Below are positions 33,443 through 45,600 of a stretch of 64,000 nt of DNA, piece after piece (positions within the stretch are counted from its first letter, which is position 1; every line of letters starts with the position of its first letter). A model generated the notes under the pieces. It saw nothing but the letters and a program-made list of their open reading frames with translations, made no database searches and was not told where the DNA came from. Position numbers and translations under genes: made by a program. This stretch comes from an uncultured Candidatus Saccharibacteria bacterium (GTDB lineage: Bacteria > Patescibacteriota > WWE3 > UBA101185 > UBA10185), in assembly GCA_964605725.1 (NCBI GenBank), contig CAZSDQ010000001.1, positions 12,090 through 76,089 on the forward strand, read 5' to 3'.

Positions 33443-34078
33443 TTAAGGGTTAGGAATATACTGCTCAAGAGAAACTGGCTCACTAATGAAAACAGTCATA
33501 TTTACAGTGCACGGGCATTGTAAATATGCAGGCTCGTTTTCGGGGGTAATCCAGTTACCGTCATAAAGATAGCTAAGAACAATCGTCCTGACCTGTTTAT
33601 TTTCAACTCTGACATACCCTGTAACACTACCTTTTATAGTGCTGAAAGCTATTCCCGAAATCAAATGATTTCCGTATCTAGTGCTAGTTGACCAACCAGA
33701 ACTTTCTAAATTCTTTTTCATAAGACTACCAACTGCAAATCCTGCATTATTGTAATTCCAATCTTTGTTTGTTAAGTTAACCGAGTAAATCTTTCCAGGT
33801 GTTAATATTTCACCGGAAATCGGAGTCTCTGATTGATTTTTTAAAAACCTATCATCAAAAATAATCTTGTTATTTTTTATATCCTCATCGTTTGCATCAT
33901 TTTCTACCCAATTAAAATTTTCCGGAAGAGCGGGGATACGCCAATTTATCTCTTTGTTTTGAGTGTTTTGAAAACCTGAAGGATTGCGTCTTAAAAAAAA
34001 TGAGACAACACCTGAGATTAATAACAATGCCAGAAAAATTTTACCGAGAGAACCTAACTTAGATTTACTTTTCTCCAT
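33443..34078 (-). CDS. Hypothetical membrane-anchored protein
   Basis: 211 aa with an N-terminal TM. No recognisable motif. Confidence 0.45.
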   Translation of the reverse strand: MEKSKSKLGSLGKIFLALLLISGVVSFFLRRNPSGFQNTQNKEINWRIPALPENFNWVENDANDEDIKNNKIIFDDRFLKNQSETPISGEILTPGKIYSVNLTNKDWNYNNAGFAVGSLMKKNLESSGWSTSTRYGNHLISGIAFSTIKGSVTGYVRVENKQVRTIVLSYLYDGNWITPENEPAYLQCPCTVNMTVFISEPVSLEQYIPNP

Positions 34079-34173
34079 AAGTAAATATTATCACATAAGA
34101 ACATTCAGTTTTAAATTATTGGGGTCTAAACTTCATGTTATGATAAACTTTTATTAACTTTTAATTTTACATA

Positions 34174-36627
34174 ATGGATAATTTAAACAATACAATTTCA
34201 AATAACGGTTTAAGTAAAGAGGAAGCTATTAAAAGACAACAAGAATATGGATTAAACGTCCTTCCCGAAAAAAAGCCTCCAAGTAAATTTAGTATATTTT
34301 TAAGTCAATTAAAAAGCCCGTTGGTTTTTGTTTTATTGGGAGCTTCTGCAGTAACAGTTTTTATTGGACATGCAAACGATGCTTTAATTATAATGATCGC
34401 AGTAACAATAAACACTATACTTGGTTTTGTTCAAGAAAATAAAACTTCAAACTCACTTGCCGCTTTGAAAAAATTTATTTCTACAAAAACTACTGTTTTA
34501 CGAGATGGACAAAGAGAGCAGATTGATACCGTTTACGTTGTACCCGGCGACGTGGTGTTTTTGAACAGAGGTGACAAGATACCTGCGGATGGTAATTTGT
34601 TATCAATCAATAGATTCACCGCAAACGAGGCTGTGTTGACTGGAGAAAGTATTCCAGTTGAAAAAAAGGTGAGCGAGAAGGTCTTTATGGGGACCACCGT
34701 TGCTTCGGGTCAGGCCGTCATGTTAGTAGAACAAACAGGCTCAAAGACAGAAGTTGGGAAAATTGCAGATAAAATTCAGGACAAAGACGAAATCACCCCA
34801 TTTCAAATACAATTAAAAAAATTTAGCAATCAACTACTGATAGTAATCGGGGGAATTATTTTATTTGTTTTTATTGTTGGTGTTTTAAGGGGCATGGATT
34901 TAACAGAAATTTTTATTACATCGGTTGCGCTAGCTGTTTCTAGCATTCCTGAGGGCCTTCTAGTTTCCTTAACAATAGTATTAACCATAGGAATGCAAAA
35001 AATATTGAAAAGAAGAGGTTTAGTTAGAAAGCTGGCAGCAGCGGAGACGCTGGGAGGGGTTTCAGTCATATGTGTAGACAAAACAGGCACATTAACATTG
35101 GGCCAAACAGAGGTTTCTGACTTTATTGGAGATAAATTATCTTTAGCTACTCAACTAATAGTAGCAAACGATCTAGACGACCCTGTCTTAATTTCAGCTT
35201 ATAAATGGGCAAAAGAAATTTACAAAGAAGATTCAAATAGATATAAAAGAATTGACAGCATACCTTTTTCGTCTAAGGAAAAATTTTTCATATCACTAAA
35301 TGAGTGGGATGAGGATAAAAATATTGTTTTTGTTAATGGGGCTCCAGAATTGTTGTTGAATTGGACAAACCTGAATGAAGACAAGAAAAAGGAAGTGGTA
35401 GCAGATATTGAAAATTTCACCAATAAGGGTAAAAGGGTTTTGGGATTTGCAAAAAAGTTAGTTGATTTAGATAAAAAAAGTTTGGATATTTCAGATGCAA
35501 AGGAGGGTTTAGAGTGGGTAGGGATTGTTGCTTTTTCAGACCCGGTAAGAGACGGGTTAAAAAACTCAATAAAAGAAACCATGGATGCGGGTATAAAAAC
35601 GGTGGTTATTACAGGAGATTATGTAAACACATCTATCTACGTGTTATCTCAGCTTGGTATTGAGGTGCTTGAAGACGAGTACATGACAGGAACAGAGCTT
35701 TTAGAGCTATCAGACGAAGAATTAGATAAGAAAATTAGCAAGATAAAGCTTTTTGCCAGAACTACACCCGAGCAAAAATTAAGAATCGTGAATGCCTTTA
35801 AAGACAACGGAGAAGTAGTAGCAATGATCGGAGACGGCGTTAACGATGCTCCTGCACTTCACAGGTCGGATATTGGAATAGTTGTAAATGAAGCGTCCGA
35901 TGTTGCGAGAGAAACTGCAGATCTTGTTTTGCTTGATTCAAGTTTTTCTACTATTGTGCATGCAATTGAGGAGGGGAGGGTGATGTTTGAAAATATCAGA
36001 AAAATAATTTTGTATCTTTTGTGCGATGCTTTTGAAGAGATTTTAGTAGTTTTAACAGGAATTATTTTAGGCCTTCCTTTACCCGTAACTGCGGTGCAGA
36101 TACTTTGGGTGAATCTGGTTTCTGACGGCCTTCCTAACTTATCTCTTACTGTAGATCCCAAGAGACGTGGAATTATGAAGGATAAGCCACGTTCTCCGGA
36201 CGAACATATTATAACTTCATGGATGATAAATTTAATTTTATTTGTTAGTGTAATTGCGGGATTAACCGCTTTTCTATCCTTCTACTTTGTTTATAAAAAT
36301 ACAGAAAATATTGTTTTAGCAAGATCAGTGACTTTTGTTACCATTGGGATTAACTCACTTGTGTACGTATTTTCAGTCAGAGCTCCCTTTACCTCATTTA
36401 TAAAATCAAGAATGTTTAAAAACAAATGGCTGGGATTATCTGTACTTGCTGGGTTCGGGCTTCAATTTTTACCATTTGCTACTGAAACCACTAGAAACTT
36501 TTTTAAAATTGAGAAAATATCAGTAAGTTATTGGTCCGTGGCCTTTGGATTATCTATACTAATGTTTTTAGTAGTAGAAATGTTCAAACACGTCTTTCAT
36601 GCAAACATTGTAAAAGGTCACGAGTAA
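34174..36627 (+). CDS. Cation-transporting P-type ATPase (type II, Ca2+/cation-like)
   Basis: TGES, PEGL, phosphorylation site DKTGTLT, TGDYVNT, GDGVNDAPAL. Confidence 0.9.
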   Translation: MDNLNNTISNNGLSKEEAIKRQQEYGLNVLPEKKPPSKFSIFLSQLKSPLVFVLLGASAVTVFIGHANDALIIMIAVTINTILGFVQENKTSNSLAALKKFISTKTTVLRDGQREQIDTVYVVPGDVVFLNRGDKIPADGNLLSINRFTANEAVLTGESIPVEKKVSEKVFMGTTVASGQAVMLVEQTGSKTEVGKIADKIQDKDEITPFQIQLKKFSNQLLIVIGGIILFVFIVGVLRGMDLTEIFITSVALAVSSIPEGLLVSLTIVLTIGMQKILKRRGLVRKLAAAETLGGVSVICVDKTGTLTLGQTEVSDFIGDKLSLATQLIVANDLDDPVLISAYKWAKEIYKEDSNRYKRIDSIPFSSKEKFFISLNEWDEDKNIVFVNGAPELLLNWTNLNEDKKKEVVADIENFTNKGKRVLGFAKKLVDLDKKSLDISDAKEGLEWVGIVAFSDPVRDGLKNSIKETMDAGIKTVVITGDYVNTSIYVLSQLGIEVLEDEYMTGTELLELSDEELDKKISKIKLFARTTPEQKLRIVNAFKDNGEVVAMIGDGVNDAPALHRSDIGIVVNEASDVARETADLVLLDSSFSTIVHAIEEGRVMFENIRKIILYLLCDAFEEILVVLTGIILGLPLPVTAVQILWVNLVSDGLPNLSLTVDPKRRGIMKDKPRSPDEHIITSWMINLILFVSVIAGLTAFLSFYFVYKNTENIVLARSVTFVTIGINSLVYVFSVRAPFTSFIKSRMFKNKWLGLSVLAGFGLQFLPFATETTRNFFKIEKISVSYWSVAFGLSILMFLVVEMFKHVFHANIVKGHE

Positions 36628-36629
36628 TT

Positions 36630-37943
36630 TTATTCTAGCGATAAAGCTATATCTATCAAATCCTGTTTACTAGAATTGGTAGTTGAAAGAGAAACCAGTA
36701 CATTATCTGATTTTTGAAAAACAAGGTTTAAATTATCCCCGCCCATCTCTAAAGTATTTGAAATTAGGTATCCAACACCACCTACTGTATTTGGAATATT
36801 TACTGTACTAGTCTGTGAATACACCCCGGAAATAGTTGAAATATAATCCTTAATAACAAAACTCCTATGAACACCAACTTGTTTCACAATCACAGGCCTT
36901 GATTTTTTAAGGTCAACAACTTCTTCTAAAGCATAATCATACACAACCTGGACTGCATCTTTTAAACCTGCCATTTCCTTACCAGTTGTAAAATTTGAAG
37001 TATAAACAAGGCCCAGGGGCATAACTTTAGGTTTATAAATGTGATATCTAGTTCTTGAAACAGCTCTAGAGTATCCAAAATCGTCGTTTTTTGCAACCGA
37101 GTAGCCTTTCAAAACTACAAATAATGTGGGTATCATAAATAGACAAATAAAAAACGTTAAATAACCCATATTTTTAGCTGTCATTTTGTTGTTTTTAAAA
37201 TGAAATTTTTTGTAGGAAAAAACTAGAATACAAAGAGTAATAAACGAAATTAAAAACGCAGGTTCACTGAAAACCCCAATGAACAAAGTGTAGGTTCCCG
37301 AAGGTATTTTTGGAGCATTTTCACCTAAATTTATTGACTGTGTTGAAAAATAAGATCCAACTGAATGCATGAGATTGTAGTTAATAAATAATAAAGAGGC
37401 GGGCAGTATTATTAAGGACAGCAAACCTATGATAAAAGAAGGTCTAGAGGCAATTCTTATTTTAAAAGAGTTAAATAAAAATGCTGAAGCAGATAAAGCA
37501 AACGCTACTACAACCCACCCGTACATTGGAAATTGCTTTAAAAAGTAATACATAGAACCCTCGGTGTAAGAAAAATGATCTATGATACTCATTATTGCTA
37601 CCATCATCCCAGCTTTGTATATAAACAAAAATGAAATAACAATAAAAAGCATTGAAATTACACCTACAAGTACACTTGCTTTATCTCCGACTGGGATTTC
37701 CACGTGCTCTCTTACCACAGTTGCAGGATGAGCAACTGAACTATCAACAACAAATACACTATCCCGATCTTTTTTGTGAATATCAAAAGGAGTATCAGAC
37801 TCTAAGCTACCAACTTTATTAAGAGCATTTTTTATGTCATCTTCGGCCCAATTATTTTCCAATAATTCTTTTACAATAATCTCCTCATCAATTTTTTTGG
37901 ATTTTTGGTACTTTATATATTCAATGAGTTCTTGTGTAACCAT
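36630..37943 (-). CDS. Hypothetical polytopic membrane protein with C-terminal extracytoplasmic domain
   Basis: 437 aa. About 7 TM helices in the middle; soluble N- and C-terminal domains. No motif recognised. Confidence 0.5.
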   Translation of the reverse strand: MVTQELIEYIKYQKSKKIDEEIIVKELLENNWAEDDIKNALNKVGSLESDTPFDIHKKDRDSVFVVDSSVAHPATVVREHVEIPVGDKASVLVGVISMLFIVISFLFIYKAGMMVAIMSIIDHFSYTEGSMYYFLKQFPMYGWVVVAFALSASAFLFNSFKIRIASRPSFIIGLLSLIILPASLLFINYNLMHSVGSYFSTQSINLGENAPKIPSGTYTLFIGVFSEPAFLISFITLCILVFSYKKFHFKNNKMTAKNMGYLTFFICLFMIPTLFVVLKGYSVAKNDDFGYSRAVSRTRYHIYKPKVMPLGLVYTSNFTTGKEMAGLKDAVQVVYDYALEEVVDLKKSRPVIVKQVGVHRSFVIKDYISTISGVYSQTSTVNIPNTVGGVGYLISNTLEMGGDNLNLVFQKSDNVLVSLSTTNSSKQDLIDIALSLE

Positions 37944-38037
37944 CCTATTTAATTAAAACAAAAGATTTATGATATGTCCAAAAATTTTTATATACTTATA
38001 TAGTAAAAAATAAATTTTAGAAAATTTAAAAATATAA

Positions 38038-38259
38038 ATGAAAATTGAGGTTTGCGTACACGCTAATTCTAAATCTCAAAGAACAGATAGAACTCCTGAC
38101 GGTATTATGCACATCTATGTTAGAGAACCAGCCATAGAAGGAAAGGCGAATAGGGTAGTGGTTGAAGTACTTTCAGAATTATATAAAACACCAAAATCCT
38201 CAATAAATCTGATTCACGGAATAAAATCAAAGAAAAAGATATTTGAGATAAACAAATAA
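38038..38259 (+). CDS. DUF167 (YggU-like) protein
   Basis: 73 aa. EPAIEGKANRVVVEVLSELYKTPKSSINLIHGIKSKKKIFEI matches the DUF167 pattern. Confidence 0.7.
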   Translation: MKIEVCVHANSKSQRTDRTPDGIMHIYVREPAIEGKANRVVVEVLSELYKTPKSSINLIHGIKSKKKIFEINK

Positions 38260-38260
38260 G

Positions 38261-39670
38261 CTATCTTAATTCTTCAAGTGCCGGAATATTATCTCTCACA
38301 GCTCCGATCATATTTTCAACTTCTAAGAATTTTTCTATCACCAGATTCTTAGTTTTAGCTTCTAAGTTTATTCTTAGAAGAGGTTGAGTATTAGAAGTTC
38401 GTAAATTAAACCTCCAATCTTCAAATTCGACGGAAAGACCATCAATTTTTTCAATTTTTGCTCCTTGATTTTTGTAAAACTCCTCAATTTGATTGATCAA
38501 ACCTATCGCGTTTTCAACCCTGTAATTCACCTCACCTGAATTTGGGTAATTTTCAAATAAATAATCGACTGCTTGAGTCAGTTCAAAACCGTCAAAGTAC
38601 ATATTTAGCATCTGAGCAATTGTTACCATACCTGAATCACAATTATAAAAATCGCGGTAATAGAAGTGTGCGCTTGCTTCAGCTCCAAACAAAGCTTGTT
38701 TCTCTGCCATAGCTGCTTTAAAAAAAGAGTGCCCGGCCATACACTGATAAACTTCAGCACCCAACTTTTGAGCCTCCTTTATAAACGGCCAGGTAATTCT
38801 TGGGTCGTGAACAATTTTTTTATTACCTGGATCGTTGCTTAATATACTTTTTGCAAGTAATACACCAACGTAAACACCATCGGGTCTTCTGCCTTTATTA
38901 TCAATAAAAAAGGCTCTATCTGCATCACCATCTATTGCTATTCCAAAATCAGCACCTTTTTCTACAACTCTTTTTTTAATTTCTTCTACATTTTCTTCTT
39001 CCATAGGATTTGGTACGTGGTTGGGGTATGTACCGTCGGGATCAAAATACATACGTTCAACATTTAAAAATTCATTTTCTAAATCACAAAAAATGTAATC
39101 AAAAACCTTTCCGCCAATCCCATTTCCTGCGTCAACGACAATCTTTAATGGTTTTTTATTTTCAGAGGTTATAAAAGATAAAACCTTTTTCTTATATTCC
39201 GGCATTACATCCATGGTAGAAACAGCGCCTTTTACATCTCTCACTTTTTCATATCTATTTTCAAGAATTATCTTCTTTAGATCCATTAAACCGGTTGTAC
39301 CACTAATTGGTTTGGCGTTTTTAGTTACCATTTTGCAACCGTTCCAACCTGCACCGTTGTGTGAGGCAGTGACAACTAAACCACCATCGAAAGTTTCTGG
39401 ATACTCGCCTGTAGCAAAATACAATGCTTCTGTTGGTACTTCACCTATGTCAACAACATCACAACCCATTTCACATAAACCTTTAGCAAGTGAATCTTTC
39501 ATTTCAATACTTTCAGGTCTGATATCGTAACCCACAGCAACCTTAGTGGGTTTAAAAAAAGTGACATAAGCCTTACCTAAATTTTCATAAAACTGTGAGT
39601 TAAGTTCAGAAGGATACCTTCCTCTAATATCATAAGCACGAAAAATAGTATCTAATATTTGTTTATCCAT
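38261..39670 (-). CDS. Phosphomannomutase/phosphoglucomutase
   Basis: Active-site TASHNG, metal-binding DGDADR, sugar-binding EASAH-type loop. Confidence 0.9.
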   Translation of the reverse strand: MDKQILDTIFRAYDIRGRYPSELNSQFYENLGKAYVTFFKPTKVAVGYDIRPESIEMKDSLAKGLCEMGCDVVDIGEVPTEALYFATGEYPETFDGGLVVTASHNGAGWNGCKMVTKNAKPISGTTGLMDLKKIILENRYEKVRDVKGAVSTMDVMPEYKKKVLSFITSENKKPLKIVVDAGNGIGGKVFDYIFCDLENEFLNVERMYFDPDGTYPNHVPNPMEEENVEEIKKRVVEKGADFGIAIDGDADRAFFIDNKGRRPDGVYVGVLLAKSILSNDPGNKKIVHDPRITWPFIKEAQKLGAEVYQCMAGHSFFKAAMAEKQALFGAEASAHFYYRDFYNCDSGMVTIAQMLNMYFDGFELTQAVDYLFENYPNSGEVNYRVENAIGLINQIEEFYKNQGAKIEKIDGLSVEFEDWRFNLRTSNTQPLLRINLEAKTKNLVIEKFLEVENMIGAVRDNIPALEELR

Positions 39671-39681
39671 CTTAGAACCTC

Positions 39682-42600
39682 CTAAATTACCAAATAAATA
39701 TCAATGTTTCCCATATCACTTCTAAAATAGATCTTTGAATCATCCATTTTGTTTCCATTTACAAAAAGACCTTTTTTCTCACCTCTTTCAACTTTTATAC
39801 TGTAGTAGGTATTGTTGTGAGAGTAGATCATTTCATATTCGGTCCATTCTTTTGGTAAAACTGGCTCTAATGTAAAATAGTCCTGCTTAACCTTAAAACC
39901 TAAAATATCCTCGATTGCTACCCGATACAACCAACCTGCAGATCCTGTATACCAACTCCAGCCACCTCTAGCTAAATGTTGCGGGTTAGAATAAATATCT
40001 CCAGCCATAACATACGGCTCGGATTTATAAATATTTACGCTATCTCTATCAAGAGTTCTATTTATAGGATTCAATGTATTAAACAACTCATAGGCTTTAT
40101 CGCCATTTTTCATCATCGCGTAAGCTTTCATTGCCCAGACAGCTCCGTGGGTATACTGACCGCCGTTTTCCCTAATACCTTCGGGGTAACCCTGAATATA
40201 ACCGGGGAATGGAGTAGATTCTTTAAAAGGCGGCGTCAGCAGTTTTATAATTTTGTTCTTCTTATCCTCAAGATATTTTTCGTGGCTCAACATAGCTTTT
40301 TCAAGCTTCCCTGGTGACGCCGCCCCTGATATTACAGCCCAAGATTGCGAAATAGAGTCTATAGTGCATTCATTGTTTAAATGAGTTCCCAAGGGGCTTC
40401 CATCATCAAAAAAGGCCCTTTTGTACCATTCTCCGTCCCAACCATTTTCATTTACATTATTCTTAAGTTGTTCAACTACAGACCGCAATCTTTCGATCTC
40501 ATTTCTTCTGTCTGTTTTTTCAAGAATCTTTATAAAATTCTCAATTACAGTTATTAAAAACCAAGCAAGCCACACACTTTCTCCCTTACCTTCATCCCCG
40601 ACACTACTTAACCCGTCGTTCCAATCTCCTGAACCTATTAGAGGTAATCCGTGTGACCCGAATCGTAATGATCTATTTATGGCCCTTATACAGTGGTCCA
40701 ACACATTACCTCTTTCATCTGAAACGTTGGGTATGCCGTACAAACTTTCTTCATGAGATTGCAGTTGTTGCATTTCTAAATACGGTACCTCTATTTTTAA
40801 AATATCCATATCTCCGGTTTTTTCAATGTAGTAAGCTACAACATACGGCAACCAAAGCAAATCATCACTAATTTTTGTCCTAACCCCCGCCCCCGAAGGA
40901 TAGTGCCACCAATGTTGGACATCCCCTTCTTTAAATTGATGCGCACAACACAATGTTAGGTGATCTCTAACTTTACTGGGATTACAATAAACCAATGACA
41001 TCACATCCTGAAGCTGGTCTCTAAATCCGAAAGCACCTGCTGCTTGATAAAAGGCTGTTTTTCCGTCAACTCTACAAGATAATACTTGATATAACATCCA
41101 ATTATTTATCAAGTAATTAAATTTTGTATCCGGAGTATTAATTTTGATCTTAGACTTTACTTGATTCCATTTTTCCTGAATGTCTTTAACACTTTGTTCA
41201 ACTGCCTCTAGATTAGTATATTTATCTATTAATCTATTAACGTTGTCTACGTTATCATCCTGACCCAATATAAATAACAGGCTTACTTTAGAATTTTTAG
41301 GAATTTCTACTTCCGTAGTAATAACACCACATTTATCAGAAACTGATTTAAATCCTGTAATTCCTCTCACATTTTTATAAATCCATAAAGGCACCTTTTT
41401 AGAATTGCCCATTCCAAAGAATTTTTTTCTATCAGAAGTTGCTGCCACAACAGGTCTGTTTGTTGCCATAAAAGCTGTTTGATTCGAAAAATTATTGCTA
41501 TAAGGATTTTGGGCTAGGATTGACTGTCTAACAGGGTCAAATTCAATTTTTAAATTCTCTTGATTAGTATACCTGTCTTCTCCCAATGTAAATTCCACAT
41601 AATATGTGGCTTCCATTGTTTTTGTGTATTTACTATTGTTTTTTAGTGTTAATTTAAGAATCTTAACCGGGTCATTAATATCAACTAAAACTTTTAAGGT
41701 GTGATCTACGTCAAAACTTTCACCTTTGTATTCGGTATAACCTTGGGAATGAGTTACTCTAAAATTACCACTTTTGTTGGGGAGCGGAGTAGCGCTAATT
41801 ACCTTTTCTGAATCAGCATCTTTTAGATATATTATTTCGCCCTGAATATCACTTACAAAATCATTAGACCACGGGGATATCTTATTCATCTGACTATTAA
41901 TATTCCACGTGTAACCTAAACCCGATTCTGTTACCATAGTACCGAATCTTTCGTTAGCAATTACATTAGACCACGGGAGTGGGGTAGGGTTCTCTGCTGA
42001 AATATCCATAACATAGTTCTCACCATCTTTTGAAAATCCGCCTATGCCGTTATAGAATTCTAAACCTTCTTTAAAATCTACTGCGGGTACTATACTTTCA
42101 ACATAGTCCTCGTAAACAACATCCTTAATACCTACGGATTCAGGTTCAGAATATTTAGACGCAAGGTTTATCTGGTCATCAAGTGATCCTAAAGAAGAAT
42201 CTAATACAACCTTAGCCAATGACAGTATCGTGTACCTTTCTTCTAAAGTCATATTAATAACATTGAGAACATATACGCCTGAATCTTTGTATGGGTGAGA
42301 TAACGAATTTTCTACAACCTCATAAACATCCTGCTCCAATGTTTCCTCGTAGCTAATCTTCTCGTCTACTATAAAAACCAGGTCAAAGTTAAATCTCAAC
42401 ATTCTCAAATATTCATGTAATAGAACTAAGTTTCTAACTAGCTCAATATTTTTACTATTTACCTTAACGGCAAGTATCCTATTTTCACCGGATATTGAAA
42501 ATCTATATAAAAGACTTCTACCGGTAGTATGATCAATACTTTGAGTCTCTTTTAATCTGTAATCCGGATAAACCAATCTTGAAAATAGTTTTTGAAATAG

Positions 42601-45600
42601 TATTTCCTGACGTACATCTATTCCCAAATGAGTTCTTTTTGCTTCTATATAATGAGTGTTAAGATAACGGAGCTCGTTCATCTGCTCACCGGTAAATAAA
42701 AGCTCCCTCGCTGCTTTAATTTCATGGATATTGTTGGCGTAACCGTATATAAAGTGTATTTTTTTGGATTCACCAGGTTTTAATGAAATCTTGTATCTTA
42801 TACTAAAAATGGGGTCCAGAACTGTTCCAATACTATTTGTTAATTCGGAGACCATAGCTGCAGGGTTTTGAATGTGTTTAATCCTCCCTATAAAATTTTG
42901 CCTGCTTGTTTCATAAGAATCTGTTTTTAAATTTACATCTTCAGAAAAACCAAAATGAAAAGCATATTTTTCAATATCTCTAATGTATCGTTTCTTTCTT
43001 TTAGCAATTAGTACACCGTTTTCGTAAGCAGTTTCAATAAAAAGTTTATTAAAAACAGGATGTGATAGACCTGCTTTTAAATCATCAAGCATTATCTCGC
43101 TGTATGTAGTAATTTCATACTCTTTACTGTTATCCGATTGATTAGTAAGTGTAAGCTCTCTTATCTCAAAGTTTTTTTCAGGTGGAACAAATATGTTTAA
43201 ATTAGTTAAAGTCTTCTTATCTAACCTACTAAATTCAGCATATTCTGTGTAGAACCTAACCTCATAATTATCCGGTTTTACTAAGGTTGGTTGGTATGTA
43301 GCAGACCAAAAATAACTATTTTCTACATCCTTTATAAAAATATGGTTCCCCGAATCATCTAAAGTAAGATCTTCATTATATCTATTAATAAACGTATCTC
43401 GGAATTTGCTGAACCCAGCTCCGGAATTTGAAATCATTACGGAATATTTTCCATTACCGTATAGTTGGGCTATTGGGAATAAGGTATTTGGAGTATTTGA
43501 GTACCTCACTCTTTCTTTTTCATACCTTCTAACAGTACTTAATTTTCTATCAAATCCGTATTGATTAGCTTCAACTATATTTGATACTTGAGGTATTTTT
43601 TCATCTAATAAAATGTCACAAGACTTTATATAATCGTTGCTATGCAGTCTGCCCACCATTATTCTATTATTAAGTGCGTTATTGATTGCTACCAAACTCA
43701 TACCTTGGTGGTGAGCAGTATAAATTTTTACATTTTCTCCAACTTTCGGTTCGTTTGTAGATCTGTTAAAATCAACAGCTTCGTAAAAACCGTAAGGGCC
43801 TAAAACACCATCATCTTCCAATCTATGCAGGTTTCTCTCTGATTCTTCGGGAGCAATCATTAATGATAGAAATGATGAATAAGGAGATACTACCAAATCT
43901 CTTGAGTCATATCTTTTAAGTGCTATCTCAGGAACTCCCATCATCTTATATTGATAGTTAGAATCAAAGTCGAATGCATCAAAATTAGATTCTGAGATTC
44001 CCCACGGAATACCGTTTTCTTCCGCATATTTTTTTTGAATATAAAATATTTGCTCGGTAGTTTGACTCAAGAAAGTATTTTTCTTTTCATTTAACAAGAG
44101 CGCCGGTAGAAGATATTCAAACATAGTCCCACCCCATGACATAAGGTAAAACTTTCCTTTCCTGATTCTTACCGGACGTGATAGATTGAACCAATGCTTA
44201 ACCTCAACTTGATCTAAAGCTATAGCCACATAACTAGCTATTCTTGCCTCCGACGCTAAGATATCGTAGTAACTAGAATCTCTCTGTCTTGCAGAGACGT
44301 TATAACCAATAGAAAACACCGACATGTTTTTATCATAAAGAAATGTAAAATCAGTTTTTTGATAAATTCTTCTTGAAAGTTTTGATAGTTGGAGAAACTT
44401 CTTGCTAATTTCAAGGTTAGACTTTTTAAGTGCACTAGACATTGACGAACAAGCTTCCTCAGCTAACATCAGAGCAGCAACAAAATTACCACTATCTGCT
44501 GTGGATATATATGGGTTAAGTGGTTCCAATTTTTTCAAGTCATACCAGTTAAACAAATGTCCTCTATATTTTTTTAATCTATAAACAATATTAAGAGTGT
44601 TCCATAATCTTGAAACGTAAGTTTCTAAATCTATTATTTTCAAGTCATATGCAGAGATCAGGGATAGTATGTAAAAACCAATATTTGTCGGGGACGTTCT
44701 ATAAGTAATTTTTTTTGAAGGTGTTAGTTGTATATTGTCAGGCGGGAGATGATTACTTTCTTCATTTACATGCTGTTCAAAAAATGACCAAATCATTTTT
44801 GAATAACTAAGCATTTTATCCTTATCTTTGAGCCTGTCTGAAATTTGTATTTGTTTATACGGTTTACTAATTACAAAAACAAATATAGGAGACAAGATCC
44901 AAATAAATAAGGTAAAAATATTTAAAACAGTTAGTTTTCCCAAAACAAATAAAGAAAACAGAATAATTAGATTTAAATACACCGCCTTTGAAGTCAGGAA
45001 GTATCCAAGGATATTATTTTCACTTTTAACATGCTCTGCCTCACTGTGTGTCATCCATTCAAGTAGATTTCTATGGGTAATGAGCCTTTTTAAAGTTCTA
45101 AAAATTGAGAGTATTTTATTTATAGCAGTAACAGATGCCATAATAAAAAATGAGGAAGTAAGTATAATTTTCTGCAACATAAAAGAGAGAGTTAAACGTA
45201 TTTTTTCTGAAATAGGAAGTTTATGTACCCAATATCTCTTTATAGAAAAAAATTCAAACAATAGATGTCCAAAAAATAAGACAAGGATATAGATATTAAT
45301 TGCTTCAGAAGATGAAAAAAACCAGTTTATATAAAGTAAAATAATAAATATCGGTACTACCAAACTTCTTCTAAGATTATCTATAATCATCCACAAAGAC
45401 ATCATATCCAAGGGATTTTTTGCTTTCGTACCGTTAGCAAGAGGTATCATAGGGCATAACCACGGTAATAATTGCCAGTCACCTCTTACCCATCTGTTAT
45501 CTCTATTAACATAACTTTTATATGAAGTAGGAAAATCTTCTACTAAGCTGGTATCTGACAAAAATCCGGATTTTGCAAAGCAACTTTCTATCAAGTCGTG